This document shows positions 35,283 through 48,823 of a stretch of DNA of 64,000 nucleotides, in pieces. Source of the DNA: Orbicella franksi (taxonomy: Eukaryota); the NCBI GenBank assembly GCA_964199315.1, contig OZ116712.1, positions 16,492,001 to 16,556,000 of the forward strand, given 5' to 3'. Position numbers and translations under genes: made by a program. Numbering within the stretch: position 1 is the first letter of the stretch; each line of letters starts with the position of its first letter. A model generated the notes under the pieces. It was not told the DNA's origin and searched no databases. It saw only the letters and a program-made list of their open reading frames with translations.

Positions 35283-38200
35283 ATGGATTCTTTCCAAGCT
35301 AAGGACAAGACTTGGCTTGGAGTAGACGCACTTTTACACGATTTTCAAAATATAATCGACGATCAAGACACCGCAGATGTTTTGTTCCTAGTTGGACAAG
35401 GAGAAACTGCAATATATGCTCACAGATTGATTCTGGTAGCAAGATGTAGGCACTTTCAGAATCGCAAGAGGGACTTGTGGTCCTCCAAGTCAGTTCATTC
35501 GCAGCTTACAGTAAGAAAGCCCGAATTCCGACCTGATGTGTTCCGTGAAGTTTTGACGTTCGTTTACACGGGAAAGGTAATTCTAAAACGATAATTTTTA
35601 ATAACAGTTGATATACTTGTAATTTCTTTATATACAAATCGGGTGTAAAGATTTGTAAACATTCTTAGATATTATGTTTGTTTATGAAGTGTTTTGAAAC
35701 TTCTTGGCATCTCGAGTTTGAGAGGAGGACATTTTAAAACGCACTTAATTTATTCCTACGTATGAAATATGTTTGAACTAACATACAGGAATTCTGACTA
35801 CACAACATGAGACATTCAATGTGACTAGTTTATTGAGGATGCATCAGTCAGTCATCTGATGTAGATGTATTCCATCTTACATCACAATCTGTATCCTTGC
35901 AAATTGCATCTACTGGTGCTAACAATAATTTAGAACCTGTGCTATGCAAGATATGAAAAACCACTAAAAAAGCACCCTTTATATGTGGCCAAAAAGAATA
36001 TGTGAAAACATAATTCTCATCTAATGCAGCAGCACAAGACCCCAAGGAAAAGGTGCAAAATCAGTAATTTACAATTATCTATGCACAAGCTGTTATAACA
36101 AAAGCAAAACAAAAAATTGGTTTGGTGCATCAATTAGCACACCCTCAGGAGCTGCAGACTAAATGTAATGGCAAGGAACAGGGTTTTAATTAAACAGAAT
36201 CCAGGTCCAAATATTTTTTCTTAATTCTTAATTTAGGACTAAATGTGAATAAAGTTAGACTTGGTATGGTGTCATAATGATTTTCAAAATGTAAAGAGGC
36301 AAATATACAAATACTGATTACATTATATTAGGTTGAACTTCATAGCCGCACAGCCTTAGAGATGCTGAGGATTGCCGAAGACCTAGAAATAACAGATTTA
36401 AAGTTGGCCTGTGAACAATATTTCATGGATAATCTTAGTATAGAAAATGCAGCAGAGTTTCTAGCAGATGCTATGTCTCTGTCAAGAGGAGTCGGTTTTG
36501 GAGGAATGTCATCTTTGGTGGACAAATGCACTGGATTTATGGAGGAGAATGCAGAAGAAGTTGTAAAAACTGAAGGCTTCCTTCTCCTTCCAAAGCCAGC
36601 GATGATAAGACTCGTGTCAAGTGACCAGGTGACACTTTGCTTCTATTTGTGATATTGAGGCTCTTCCGTTTTTTTTTTTTTTGTTTTTGTTTTTTCAAAA
36701 AAAACAACAACAACATTAACTGAGACTGTTCTTTAAAACAAAATTTACCTAGTACTATTAAGCCCTACATTGCATGGAAAAGGTTGCAGAAATTTACATA
36801 GCCCCTTTGTGTGTATCACTGCTCTATTTCACACTAGCATTAGACAATAGATAGACAATTTATTAATAATAATTATTATTAATTACTTTTTTAATTATTA
36901 ACTGTAGTCTCCTTTCTGTATACAGTTTGCGGTTTCAGAGGAGGAGCTTTGGAGAGCTGTTCTGTTGTGGGCAAAAAGGGGTTCTGGTGTCAATAAACCA
37001 ACTAATCAGTGGACGGAAGAGGATAATGACAAGATTAAGGAGGTGAGACAGTCCAACCCAACGCATCAAGTATCAAGTTAAGATTAAAAAATCTATCTGT
37101 AAGGCTATGAGACATGTCGCACTACCCATATTTTTGTTGGCATGAAGTGATTCTGACAGTCCCCAATGTCTCTGAATGGGATGCTAGTCCATTCCAAGCT
37201 TTCCTGCTTCCCCTCCCTCATTACCTCCCCCCCCCCCGCCCCCCCGTTCCTCTCCACTATTTCAGTCAGGTCACCCTCAACTTAAAATTTTCCAGTTTTT
37301 TAGCTATTTATAAAATACTCCTGGTTGAAGAGAAACACTGTAAGAGTAATGTGTCTCGTTGCAATCATAACTCAGGGACCAACCAAGCACTCAAAACTTG
37401 GATTGCTTACATGTTGTACAAAGTCTAATATACTAGACCAAAAAAGGACGTTGCATCTCCCATGTAGTTAAGGGTAAAGCTAAAAACATTGAATTCAAGA
37501 GTACATTTATAAGAATTGACAGTCATTTAGAAAGACAAAAACTTTAAGTCGACTCCTGTCAATTAAAATTTGTTTTGCTTTTTTTATTTGGTTGTGGTTA
37601 TTGGTTCATGCAAAAGACAAGTGACTGTGTTCCCAACTTTTGAATTTCTCTTTGATTAGGAGCTGTCAGGTGTAATTGAGCACATCAAGTTACTGTTAAT
37701 TGACAGCAAAGTGTATGCCGAAGAAGTGGAGCCCACAGGAGTTGTACCAATGGAGGTGTCTTTAGAGAGGTAAGGGTCAATGGATTACTTATCAAGTACC
37801 ATGAATCAAAATTCTCACTACTTCTTTTGGTAAAAGGTAAAGTGTGCATATGAGCCAAGTGGCCCATCAGACTAGGATGTATCCTGGTTTCTGTAGCATG
37901 AAGAGACCAGGAGTATTTCTATTCTCCCCTGGATGGATGCTAATCCATTGCAGGGCCTAACCCCCCAACATTAAATTCTCTGGTACCCATTTATACAGCT
38001 GGGTGGAGAGAGGCACTGTGAGTGTAAAATGTCTTGTCCCTCAAACCCTAAGCGCTCGATCCACAGATGAGTGCACTAACTAGACCACCACGCCTCCACA
38101 CGAACTTCTCGTGCTATAACTCTTCTTGCAGGAATTGAGTTTGATCATGACAATGCTATTATTTTTGACTTCAGGCAGACATAATTGCATGAGAATATAA

Positions 38201-41200
38201 CATGTGGAATGTATACCTTATGACCACAAACCTGATTTTTAAATCAAAATTATGTGTATCGTTTACATTATTTTTCTGCAATAGCTAAATAAATTGAAAT
38301 AATTTATATAATATTCATTGACATTTTATTGTTTCCTAGTAAATTAATTCCTGGCAATTATGTTTCAGTTCCTGGTAAATTTATGCAAAACATTTCTTGT
38401 AGCTCCCAAAGTAAAATAATTTATTAGCTAGGAGTTGTTATGCCTCTCTAAGGCAATGAGTAGGCTGTTGGTCTCAAATACAATCACAGTGCTATGCACA
38501 AATGCTTGCTCCTTAGCAAAGGGTTTGACCAATTTTTGACTCATTGTTTTTTTGTCTTGTTCGCAACTTTCTGATGGCAGTGTAATCTCATAACTGGACT
38601 GGCCAGTCTAAAGTGCAAGAACTATAAAAAACTTAGTTATCAATTTCCTTTTCTGATCTCAGTCTGACGACTTGCATCTCCACAGTGTTTACTTCTTGTC
38701 TTTTGATCAACTGGTTGAAATAGAAGGCATCAAGATATCAAAATTTGCAAATTAAAAATAGTTTGCCAAGTAGCATTCATGTAGTGTAGAGTACAGAAAT
38801 TATTGGCTATGTTACTAGGGTGTAATTGTGTGAAAAGAAGCCTCTACACCATTATAGCAAATTTAAACACCATTAAGTTGATCATATCATTCTATGTTTT
38901 CTTTTAGGTATCGATTTGCAGCAGTGCCCACTCATTTCAGAAAAGCTGAAGATCCTCGTCTAAGACCTAGAGCTTCTCAAAAGTTGTTTCACAACACAAG
39001 TCTGTTGTCAAAGGATTGTCTGAAGTTTCAACATACACTGAATGTTTGGTTTGGAAATGAACAGCAAGAATGGCAGCTGTTGTACAGAGCTTCAAAGGAT
39101 GGATTCTCAGCTGCGGCATTTCATACAAAGTGTGATGGCCTTTCACCAACAATAACAGTTGTTCTGGTGAGTAATTAATTAAGTAATTGAAAGGCCACAA
39201 GCAAGAATGTCCCCAAGGTTTATGAGTCATTGTTGAAAGTGCTCAAAAGTATAAACTGAATTTTGGCATGTGGGTTTTTGTTTACTTGAGAAACATTGCC
39301 CTGATTTTTTTCCCACCTGTTGGCATTTTGTTTTTGGGAAATAACGGATACAAAAACTTCAAATTTTGTAGCAGCTTTCTTTGCAATGCTTTTCAGTTCA
39401 AGGTCTTAATTAACTTTCATTGTTGACTGTCAAAAGCACGCTTCTCTTTCAATTGGCTACTGGAAACTATGGAAAAAGTTTTGCATGTTCATCCCATTGC
39501 AGAGAAAGAAAGAGAAAAGGGACATCTGTTTCTGTCAATGTGTTAATTTATGAGCAATAATGTTCATTATTGAGTTATTTTTTTGTAAAAAAAATACCTC
39601 TTAGTCGGCGCGTCGGGTATGTTATGGACGGATCAATGGGTGAGTGAGTGAGTGAGTGAGTGAGTGAGTGAGTGAGTGAGAGATGTATGTATGTCACACC
39701 AATCAGATTGGATCTACTATAAACAGCCAATCAAATTTCTTGTTGTAAAGGTAAATGGTATGTGGGAAGATTTGATCCCGATAGAGTTCAGAACGGCCAT
39801 ATTTATTCTTCTATAAAAGAGGAGAAAGTATTCATATATTGGGTTTACTTCGACATTTTCTGTGGGTTAGGCTGAGGATTTTAGTTAAATGAACGAGATG
39901 AGCCTTGAGGTTTGAAACAGTTCGTGAGTTAGTAGTATGCAAATGCAACGAGATATTTTTATTTTTAGTTACAAAGGTAACTTGATACTTTTGTTTTTCA
40001 CAAGGAATAAATTCAATTAGAGGTCACGAATCGTCGCGTCTAGTTCTTAGGACATGTTTTAGAAGGGACGAGACTTTAGATTTGAAACAGTTCTAACGTT
40101 TACAACAGTAATTGCGGGTAACGATTGTTTTGTTCTTGTTGCATGCAAATATAACGAGATATTTTTGTTTTTTAGTCACAAAGTGTAATTTGACACTCTT
40201 GTTTTTCACAAGGGAGTAAATTCAATTAGAGCGGACGAATCGTCATCACTCTTTCCCACGAGATGTTTGCAATCTTTAGTAACAAATGGTAACTTAACAC
40301 TTTTGTTTTTTATATGGATTAAATTCAATTAGAGCTGACAAGTTATCGGCTATTGTTTGCAGGATATTAAGCAATAAAGAAGCTTTCATTTCTGGGCGGT
40401 TTTTACGTCTCTGCAGTAGCAGTTTAAGGTGGTATGGTACCCTAAAATATGGCGATGTTCGTGAAAAATTCAATTTCTTGGAAATACAAGACTTAAGACC
40501 CTTGAGGAATTGTCAAAAACATTTTGAAACGATCTTGCCGAATTTCCTTCCAGATGAGTGTGAAATTTAAGGAAAGTACACAGTGGTATAAGTTTTTTCA
40601 CGTGGCAATGGCCATAGCAACGACTGTTTACTATAAGAACGTGACCAAAAATATAGATTATTTTTAACTTATATGAACGAAACTATTTAGAAAAAACTTT
40701 TAAGACATGCACAACTCGATTGGTATAATTATTTGTGAAAAGCTTTGCCTCAAATTGCCATCACAGGCTCATTCATTTCCCATGCACCCCCCCTTCCCCC
40801 CCCCCCCCCCACTATTTGTGGCTCGTTAAATGCTTAATACTTCGTGTAAGAAACTTAAAGTGCATTTTTCTCAAAAGTTTACTTTTGTACCGACTGACTT
40901 CGCGCCAACATTTCTACTTTGCAAGGTTTTTAAGTAGAATTTCTGAAACTTGGGCTCATCAAAGACCAATAGTGTCGTGATGATATAAACCAAAAAAATC
41001 GTAACATTTTAAGGTCTGTCACGTGACATGAGATGATTTGTCCACTGGGTGTAGTAAAAAATAAGGTTATTTCCAAATAAAGCTGTAAAAAGCACTGAAA
41101 ATAAGAGTTAACTGTCAAAACTTAGGTTCACATCACAGAACAAAACAGAAACTTACATAACATGCTTATTTGACAGTCAATTCTTGTTTTGTAAAAGAGG

Positions 41201-44200
41201 AGGAAGTGTTGGCGTCAATACTATAAAACACTACTTCAAATGGCTGTGGCTGGTTTCCATAGCAACCATTTTGAGTAAAACTCTAGAAATTTAATTTCTC
41301 TTCTTGAGTGCAATAGCACACAATTGATCTTTCTTTACCATATTTAAACAAACTTTTTGGTCCATATTGAGGGTACCATACCACCTTAATAGTTTTATTT
41401 CATGATATTCATTTCAGTCCGATACTTTTAAAGGTAAAAGTATGAAAACTGTTCAAATGTTCTTTGAAGACTGCGTGGCACCAAGTTAAAGTGCAATTTA
41501 ATTAAATCAGACTTTCAACGCGTCAGAGGTTTTTTTCTCTTTCTTTCTATTTTGGGTGAAGTTGTGTTGTGTTGTGTTGTGTAAAAAGGTAAACTTACGA
41601 CTCGTATAAAATGCGAAAAAGTCTCTAAATTAACTTGAGTATTTTTGAGCAAAAATTCCTCTTGGGGGTTGGAAGGGTTATGTGATCGGTGAGTGAGGGA
41701 GTTGTGCATGTGCGCGTGTCACACCAATCACAGTGCGGGTTGTATCAAAGAACGAATCAAATTGCCTGTTAGAAAATAAGATGGTATCTACATTAATCTG
41801 GAGACGTGTCAGATTACTGTAGTTTGTTCAGTCAAACATTTTATGGCTTACTATTCAGCTATCTTGCCATGACCGATGTAACATCGCAACCGAAAAAAAC
41901 TTGCCTAATTAACCAAATCATTACTGTACCATGAATGCTTCTATCTCCAACAATTCGCACAAAAAAATAACTCGTGCACGCCTTGCGTGCCTATGTTTGG
42001 ATGAGGTTTTTGTGATATTCGGAATAATCAATGTCGAGGTAAGTGTTATCAGCGGAAGCCAAAGGTTGAGGCTGATAACACTAACCGAGACCTTGATTAT
42101 TTCAGATATCGCAAAAAAGCAAATCTCATAATTGTTTTAATATACATTGTTTTAAAGAAAATAAGGACAAATGCATTATCGCACCAAACACAGTTTATTT
42201 TCGACAAGCCATGTTCTTACGTGAACTTGACTTTGCTCTTGGATATCATATATTGCGCGTGCAACTTATGGATTATTCACTAATGTGCTAGATTAGTGAG
42301 TAATCTGTAGGTTGTGCTGTTTCCCAGAATTAACTGTAGGCTTTTAGCCAATGAGAAGACAGATGGTGACTACAAATGTAAAATAAATGTCATGATATGT
42401 TATATGAGTGATACAATGTGATGCAATGAGATGTGATGCATTTACAATGTGATGTGATGTGATTTGATATTTTTTCCATGACATCTCACAACAGAACACA
42501 GCAGCCCTGATAATATCATTAAATATTTACAACTATACCCAAACAAAACAGTCATCTCTTTCTCAAATCAATTCTAAACTAAACCTGGTATGTCCATTGC
42601 TCACTATTTCAGGGTACAAATGGAAATTTATGTGGTGGGTTCAGCGATCAGCCATGGCGGAGTGATATTCCTCGTGGAAAATACATGCCATCCAAAAGGT
42701 GGGAAAATATGCAATGAACACCCACCCATGATTTGCTGAATCAGCTTAACCGCATTTATTTGTCTGCATACGAGCCAAGTGGCCCATCAGGCAGGAGCTT
42801 ACACTAGTTTCGGTAGCATGAAGTGACTAGGAGTATTTCTGCTCCCCTCTGAATGGAATGCCAGTCCATCGGAGCGTTACCCCAAGCATTAAATTTGCCG
42901 GTAATCATTTATACACTTGAATGGAGAGAGGCACTGTGAGAGTTAAGTGTCTTACCCAAGAACACAACACAATGTCTCAGCCATGGCTCAAACCCAGACT
43001 GCTCCATCCAGAGTTGAGCCCACTAACCATGAAGCGTCCTTAACATAATTTCCTGTGATTAAACTCTGAAGTTATTTACTTTTTTTGAAAATCAGTCATC
43101 TTTTTAGTCAAGAAAGGTAGTGAGCTCAATCTGAAGCACACTTTGGAAAAATATTATACAAAGTATCATGAAAATATCACAATGAGCAGCTTTTTACCTC
43201 GTGGTGGAAAAAATCTGATTAACAAGAAATCTTCAATCCTCCTCATGATTGTTGAAACACTATGGTTTTCTCAGTTTTTTTCCCAGGCTCTCCACCCATT
43301 TACAATGCAGCCTGGGTGGATCCAGGATTTTTCAAAGGGGAGGAGGGGTGGCTGGTACCTTGGGGCTGCAGAGTCAATGGGGCATGCCCCCTAAAATTTT
43401 GGAAATATTATTTGAGAATGTATGTTTTTTGGAACGTAATTGAAAACTGTTACACCAGAAATAAGTTAGCAATGCCACAAAGTAGAAATTACGATGAGGT
43501 TACCTGTCCAGAGCTTTTACCTTTGTTTCTGCCATAGTATTTGGTACCTAGTATCCACATCCTTTTTCAACCTTTCTAAGTTTTTGCTTCTTCAAAAGGA
43601 GGGAGGGTGGCTAGCCACCCAATCCTCCCCCCCCCCTCAAATCTGCCCCTGTTTGTAGTTTACCATTTTTTAACATCAAAAGGGGAAGGTGGTGTTGATA
43701 TATGGGTTATTGACCAAGTGTGAGATCAAGATGGCTGGATATTGGCCAAGTTCTTTTTTTGCATGTTTATAGACCGAGACGGAGACCAATATACGGCCAT
43801 CTTGCCTGAACAAGCTTGTTCAATAAAGGATTTATCATATGGCTTTCGAGAAAATTTTTCTTGTGGGACATGGCAGGCAGTCCCGAACAGGCAAGATAGC
43901 TCCATCTTCTCGCTCGGGTAGGATTTGATTCATCTTGCCCGCTCACAGAGCTGGCCATATAATAAAGGTATTTAAAGGTCATTTATAGACTTCCACTGGG
44001 GATTTCATACTTAAATATGTTGAATGTTGATGCACATGATCATGATTATATTGACTGAACTGCAGGAGGGCAACTGGTTTTCACAGGTGGGCAAAACTAT
44101 TAGAACTGAACTTCTTTGTAAGAAAAACTTTCCACTAGATAATCAAACCAGCTGGGCAGAATTGTCCTCAGAACTGGTAAATTTGCGCCCTTAAAACAAG

Positions 44201-45214
44201 AGGTCAATTGAGTTTGTTTTGTTAAATTCTTGTTAGGGCATTCTTGTTTACGTTGATCAACTCTGAAGGCAGCCCTCCAAGCAAGTTTGACATTACACAC
44301 CCTAAGTATGCCACTCTTCATCATCCAAGGTGTGTTGCCATGAACACAAATAAATTGTATACCTTTCATTGGTTACTTTCTTAGTTACAGACTTTAAGGA
44401 TTTTTTTTTTCTTTTAGAGAAATAATATGATAATTATAATGTTTGTTTAGATGAGGGGTCTGCAACCCCCTTCCTACCCAGGTAGAACATTTGCATTTAA
44501 ATTTACTGAGTCTAATCTACAAATTCAATCACATAAGGATTAAGGTACATTAATCACCCCTGTCATTTTTATTTGGGAGTCCATCCCCCAATCATACCCA
44601 TTAGGTCTGCATGGCAATATACAGTACCATCATCTCAGTCTGCAATTACGTCATCAGGCTTTTTTGACAAAAAGGATCTTGCAGCAAAGAAGAGCCTGTG
44701 TTTCACTGGTTGTTTTTACGTTGATTATGGAATTGACAATAAGTCGCACAGGCCAACAATACACTCTAAGGGTTCTGTACATATTGCTTGCCTACGATGC
44801 TTTGTTAGTTCTCTCTTGGAAACAAGAAGTAACCTAGTGATTTAGGGCACTGGTTATGAAGTCTGGAATGGTCCAAATCCTTCATACTGTCATTAACTTT
44901 ATTTTCTTTTAATAGCTCTGAGTTTAACCCCAACTGTTGAGATTCTAAACAAGTTTATAATAAATTTCCAACATTTGTTCATTGATTTAGTGTGGTCCAT
45001 TTTCTCTGACAGGTATGGTCCTATGTTTGGTGCTGGAGCAGATCTGTGTATCAGCGATGAGTGCCACGAGAGGCCTGAGTCCTACTCTAACTTGCCTCAC
45101 TCCTATGATGGTCCCCAGGCCTCGTGCAGCCTCCTCATGGGGGACTACAATTTTAGAGTAAAAGACTATGAAGTGTTTGGCTCGAAAACAGAACCTTCAT
45201 ATGAAAGAGTCTAA
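35283..45214 (+). CDS. BTB/POZ-BACK-TLDc domain protein, 485 aa
   Basis: Exons 35283-35576, 36332-36628, 36926-37042, 37660-37769, 38908-39166, 42613-42698, 44237-44329, 45013-45214 (1458 nt, phase-consistent). BTB: ADVLFLVG..IYAHRLILVARC..FREVLTFVYTG. BACK: EEELWRAVLLWA. TLDc: LLYRASKDGFSAAAFHTKCDG, CGGFSDQPW, AFLFTL, YGPMFGAGADL. Confidence 0.93.
37832..38099 (-). mobile_element. tRNA-derived SINE with CORE-like domain
   Basis: Reverse complement aligns with the copies at 42765-43038 and 49776-50022; CTTTAC-type tail. Confidence 0.85.
39640..39680. repeat. (GTGA)n microsatellite within an interspersed repeat
   Basis: About 10 units. Flanking GTCACACCAATCA motif recurs at about 41690-41735. 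Confidence 0.9.
39947..40340. repeat. Three degenerate direct repeats
   Basis: TTTAGT(T/C/A)ACAAA...TAAATTCAATTAGAG recurs at about 39960-40022, 40170-40232 and 40275-40333. Confidence 0.75.
40428..41385. mobile_element. Kolobok-like non-autonomous element
   Basis: TTAA|GGTGGTATGGTACCCT...AGGGTACCATACCACC|TTAA. TTAA TSD with purine (GG) termini fits Kolobok rather than piggyBac. Confidence 0.8.
42765..43038 (-). mobile_element. tRNA-derived SINE with CORE-like domain
   Basis: Same family as 37832-38099. Confidence 0.85.
43707..43966 (-). repeat. Interspersed repeat, copy 1 (copy 2 at 59668-59976)
   Basis: Reverse-complement match over about 260 bp, including CAAGATGGCTGGATAT / ATATCCAGCCATCTTG inverted motifs. 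Confidence 0.8.
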
Positions 45215-46357
45215 CAAACAAAAGAAAGATATTGTACATACTTGAAAAAAAATATTGCTATGTGCATTTTATTGCTGAGGTCTTTCATGATATGTTGCAG
45301 ATATTGTTTTTGAGAAGGTAAAATATTTCTTGCATCGAAACTAACTCTGAGGGTCAACACAGATTAACTGAAGCACATTTAGACGCTTGCCTATTTTTTG
45401 TGTTTTGTCGTGTTTCTATGCACTTGTAAATAGATTTAAATTAGTGAAACAAGGGAAAGTTGATATAAATTGGCCTTTGCCATGTATGTGTTTTTGTCTC
45501 TCCTTCTTGTGTTTGGCTTCTCGCTTGATTTCAATTGCGAACAAAAGTCCTTGGGACACTTATGTAATTTAACGGAGTATCTGTGTTTTACTACTGAAGT
45601 TTGAAAAAAGCGCTGCTTTCCTTTTAGGAACACGTTACTGTTCCCCCTCCCCACCCAATACAATGTTGAAAATCAAAAGAAATTGCAGGTAGTAGTATGG
45701 GGGGGGGGGGGAGTTGGGGTGCGAGGTTGGGCAAGTGAAGTTGTATATGCGTCTGGTGTGTGCGCAAAAGCGCCAGAAGTACAAATTTGTCCCAAGACTT
45801 TTGTCCATGATTGTAGTTGGGTTAAGACTTTCTCCTAGACTCTCATGGCCAATTCATTTTGGTGACGTAGTGACGTCACTGACTTTTTCGTTCGGACCAA
45901 CCTAATATGTCCCTAATACAGTAAACAGCTGCGTTATAATAAGAACACATGATTTCGGGATTCAGGCTGATCTAGTTCTTGTTTATCAAGTACTTAGTGA
46001 GAAATCAGCCTGAAGATGCTCTTAATGTGTTCTTGAACTTTGTTTCAGAAATACTACACGTAACATGTTACTAGAGGTTTAGTTAGTATATTTATTTAAA
46101 TAAATAAGTAGGTAAATAAATCAGTAAATCAATAGATGAAATAAAAATCTGTCAGCTGGTCAGTACACTAGTTAACATTAACGAGTAGAAATGTAACATT
46201 AGTTTCAACATTTTTTCTCATTGCAACACCCTCTCCCTTATTATATAAGAATATGTTTTATTTATCAGGCTGAACTGGTTGTTATACGTATGGTGCTTTA
46301 TGGGCCAAATTTCAGCCTGGGCCATTTGTTATTATATGCGAGTGATTACTGTATGTA

Positions 46358-46990
46358 CTTTTTTCCTTGTTTTTAGACACCTTCCAGTTTCACCTATATA
46401 GTTCCATGGACAATCCGCACAGGGAATCTTATAAACGACATTTGTTTGTAGACTCTTTGTAGATCGGCCGGCGGTCTTGACTTGGGAGGGGGGGGGGGAA
46501 TTCCTGTTGTAAGGTCTTGAGAGGTCTACTTGTAGCTCAAATTCCATTATTTCTGAGTAGTCTGGTTAAAAAAAAGAACATATTAAGAACACGAAACCCT
46601 CTAGAAAAAGGTTCAAACATTGCCACTCACGCTTGGTTGAACGGCCACTCTATTGACTTTTAAATACCGCCCATGTAATTGACAAGGGAAATTTTTGTGT
46701 GAGGAAGACTTTGGAACCCTGGCATACTGCAATAACAACTGAATCGGACAGTAACTCAAAGCCATTACCTAGACAATATTCTATCCTTTTATGAGCCCCA
46801 TATTAGCATTCTATTTCCAAGCAAGTATCTTTTTGTTTTATTTAAATTTTTTCTACTTCACACTTTTTACTGTATTATTTGTATTTGGTCATTTGGTCGT
46901 AGTTCAACGATTGCGCTCTTATTCATTATTATTTTGTCAATGATTGCAGACTAGCAATCGAAAGCTCATAATTTTTAAGTGTTTCAAGCA
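46358..46990. mobile_element. Penelope-like retroelement fragment (GIY-YIG) with 5' inversion
   Basis: Minus 46560-46358: LLRNNGI*ATSRPLKTLQQEF...LQTNVVYKIPCADCPWNYIGETGRCLKTRKK. Plus from about 46567: KEHIKNTK...GSNIATHAWLNGHSIDF...RKTLEPWHTA, followed by a 3' UTR. Confidence 0.85.
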
Positions 46991-47089
46991 AAGAAGGTTA
47001 TTAAAATTTTAAGATAAACTTTGTTTAGCTTCCATGTTTGACAGCTAATAAAAATGCACTCTTTCCACCCAATCAATGTTAGAACCATT

Positions 47090-47415
47090 CCTGGGGGGGG
47101 AGGTACTTTGGGAATTTCTGGGTGGGGATGCGCTGCTGGGACCCTGGAACCCTTAGCCTATGCCAGAGCTGGTTCAGCTGAATTTTGCACCCTATACTAG
47201 AGTAAACTCCCCAAATCCCCCCATCTATCAACACTATTGACGCTGGCTTGCGTAAATTTAAACTTGCCAATTTGATTTTTTTATATTTTTGAGTGGCTAT
47301 TCCTTGTTTCCTTAGTCTAGATAAAATCTTCAACTAACTACTCAGTTTTGAGGAAAATGATACCCTATTCTAGACCCAAATGCTCTGCTTTATATACCCT
47401 ATCCTAGAGTAAACT

Positions 47416-47472
<57 letters not shown>

Positions 47473-47493
47473 GCCCCCCCCCCCCCTTCCGGG
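47090..47493. mobile_element. MITE with CC(T/C)GG termini and 8-bp TSD
   Basis: GAACCATT on both flanks (47082-47089 and 47494-47501); G-tract and C-tract ends. Confidence 0.8.
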
Positions 47494-47924
47494 GAACCAT
47501 TTTGACTGGAAGTTTTTCTTTGGCCGTCCACACTGAATTTTGATTCAAATGGCGAAAGTGTGTCAGAAATATAAATATTAAAGAGGGGCTTTAAAAATTA
47601 CGATGTGCTACTCTGTTCCACAAATTGGCGTTCCCATTATTCAGTGTAAACTAAAAACTCCATGATTTTAAAATCTGAGGCTTAGCCAGGGCGCTGAAAA
47701 ATGTTCGGACATACGACGGCATAAAGAATTTCGCACCAACGCGGGAAAGAAGAGAGACCCTGGGAATGAGGTTGACCTGTAAGAGACTGTGTTTGAATTA
47801 ACCATCATGCTTAGAGGGTAAATATTCCTGCTTATCCGCCATCTTGTCCTACACGAAACACTGTTTAGTACTTTTTAAAGAGTATTTTGTTTTCGAAGAT
47901 TGAAGCAGCAACCCTGACAGCAAA

Positions 47925-48778
47925 ATGTTGCTTCAACGAGCATTCAGGCTGGGTTTAGTTCGGCGATCCATGGCCACTGGACATGGACACAGCACGGAGT
48001 CTACTGGGATTAAGTTGGTAATATTGTACGATGTATATTGAATATTGCACTCTTTCGTGTATCGTATTTATTTCCCGTAGAACTGGCTCTAATAGTAAAA
48101 CAGTTACTGTTTAATGACAAAAGTGTGATCTATGATCAGTGTTTTTTAGATCAATTAAGTTGTAAACTTAAGTGTGTATTTTTTGGAATCACCTCTTATT
48201 CTCTGTTCCGTTTATGCAGCTATATTAGTTAGACTTATAAAGCCAAAACCAAACGAATTACTTACCAGTTAAACTAATCAGCCAATCTCAAACTGTAGTT
48301 AAACCAAAACCAAAGTAATTGCCAGTTTACCTTTGGCGCTCAACTGAAAACTTCTCTATCTTCAGGACATTGTTATGTTATTGAAATGGCTAAGATTTGT
48401 AAACCAGGGTGATTTTTTGGTGTAATTTTACTATACCTGGCAATTCTGAAGGCGTAAGGTATGCATTACCTTGGTACGCAGTCCGTAGTCCTACAGTCTA
48501 CTAATGCATAATAAGAAAACATTTGTATGCCACGGCTTTCCATGGTCCATAGTTGATAAACTTGAAAGTAAGGCACAAAGATTTTGATTCTCTGCTTTGG
48601 CAGTCCAGGGTTCATGGTCCATAGTTGATAAACTCAAAGTATAACTTATAGATTTTGATTTTCTTGCAACTGGCAATGTAGTATTTGTTGCATTTCTGCA
48701 TTGCATTGCAAATTGCTAAATGAAAAGCTTTGTTTAAGTAGGGCTTTGTTCAAAGTTGTTTCACATAATACTTCTATA

Positions 48779-48823
<45 letters not shown>

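Noticed and set aside
47800-47842. Minus-strand gene start MADKQEYLPSKHD
   Set aside because: Stops after 14 codons, weak donor, no downstream exons found; more simply a YY1-like motif in the COX8-like promoter.
48539-48680. Tandem intronic snoRNAs in the COX8-like intron
   Set aside because: No proper C or D boxes; treated as a simple duplication.
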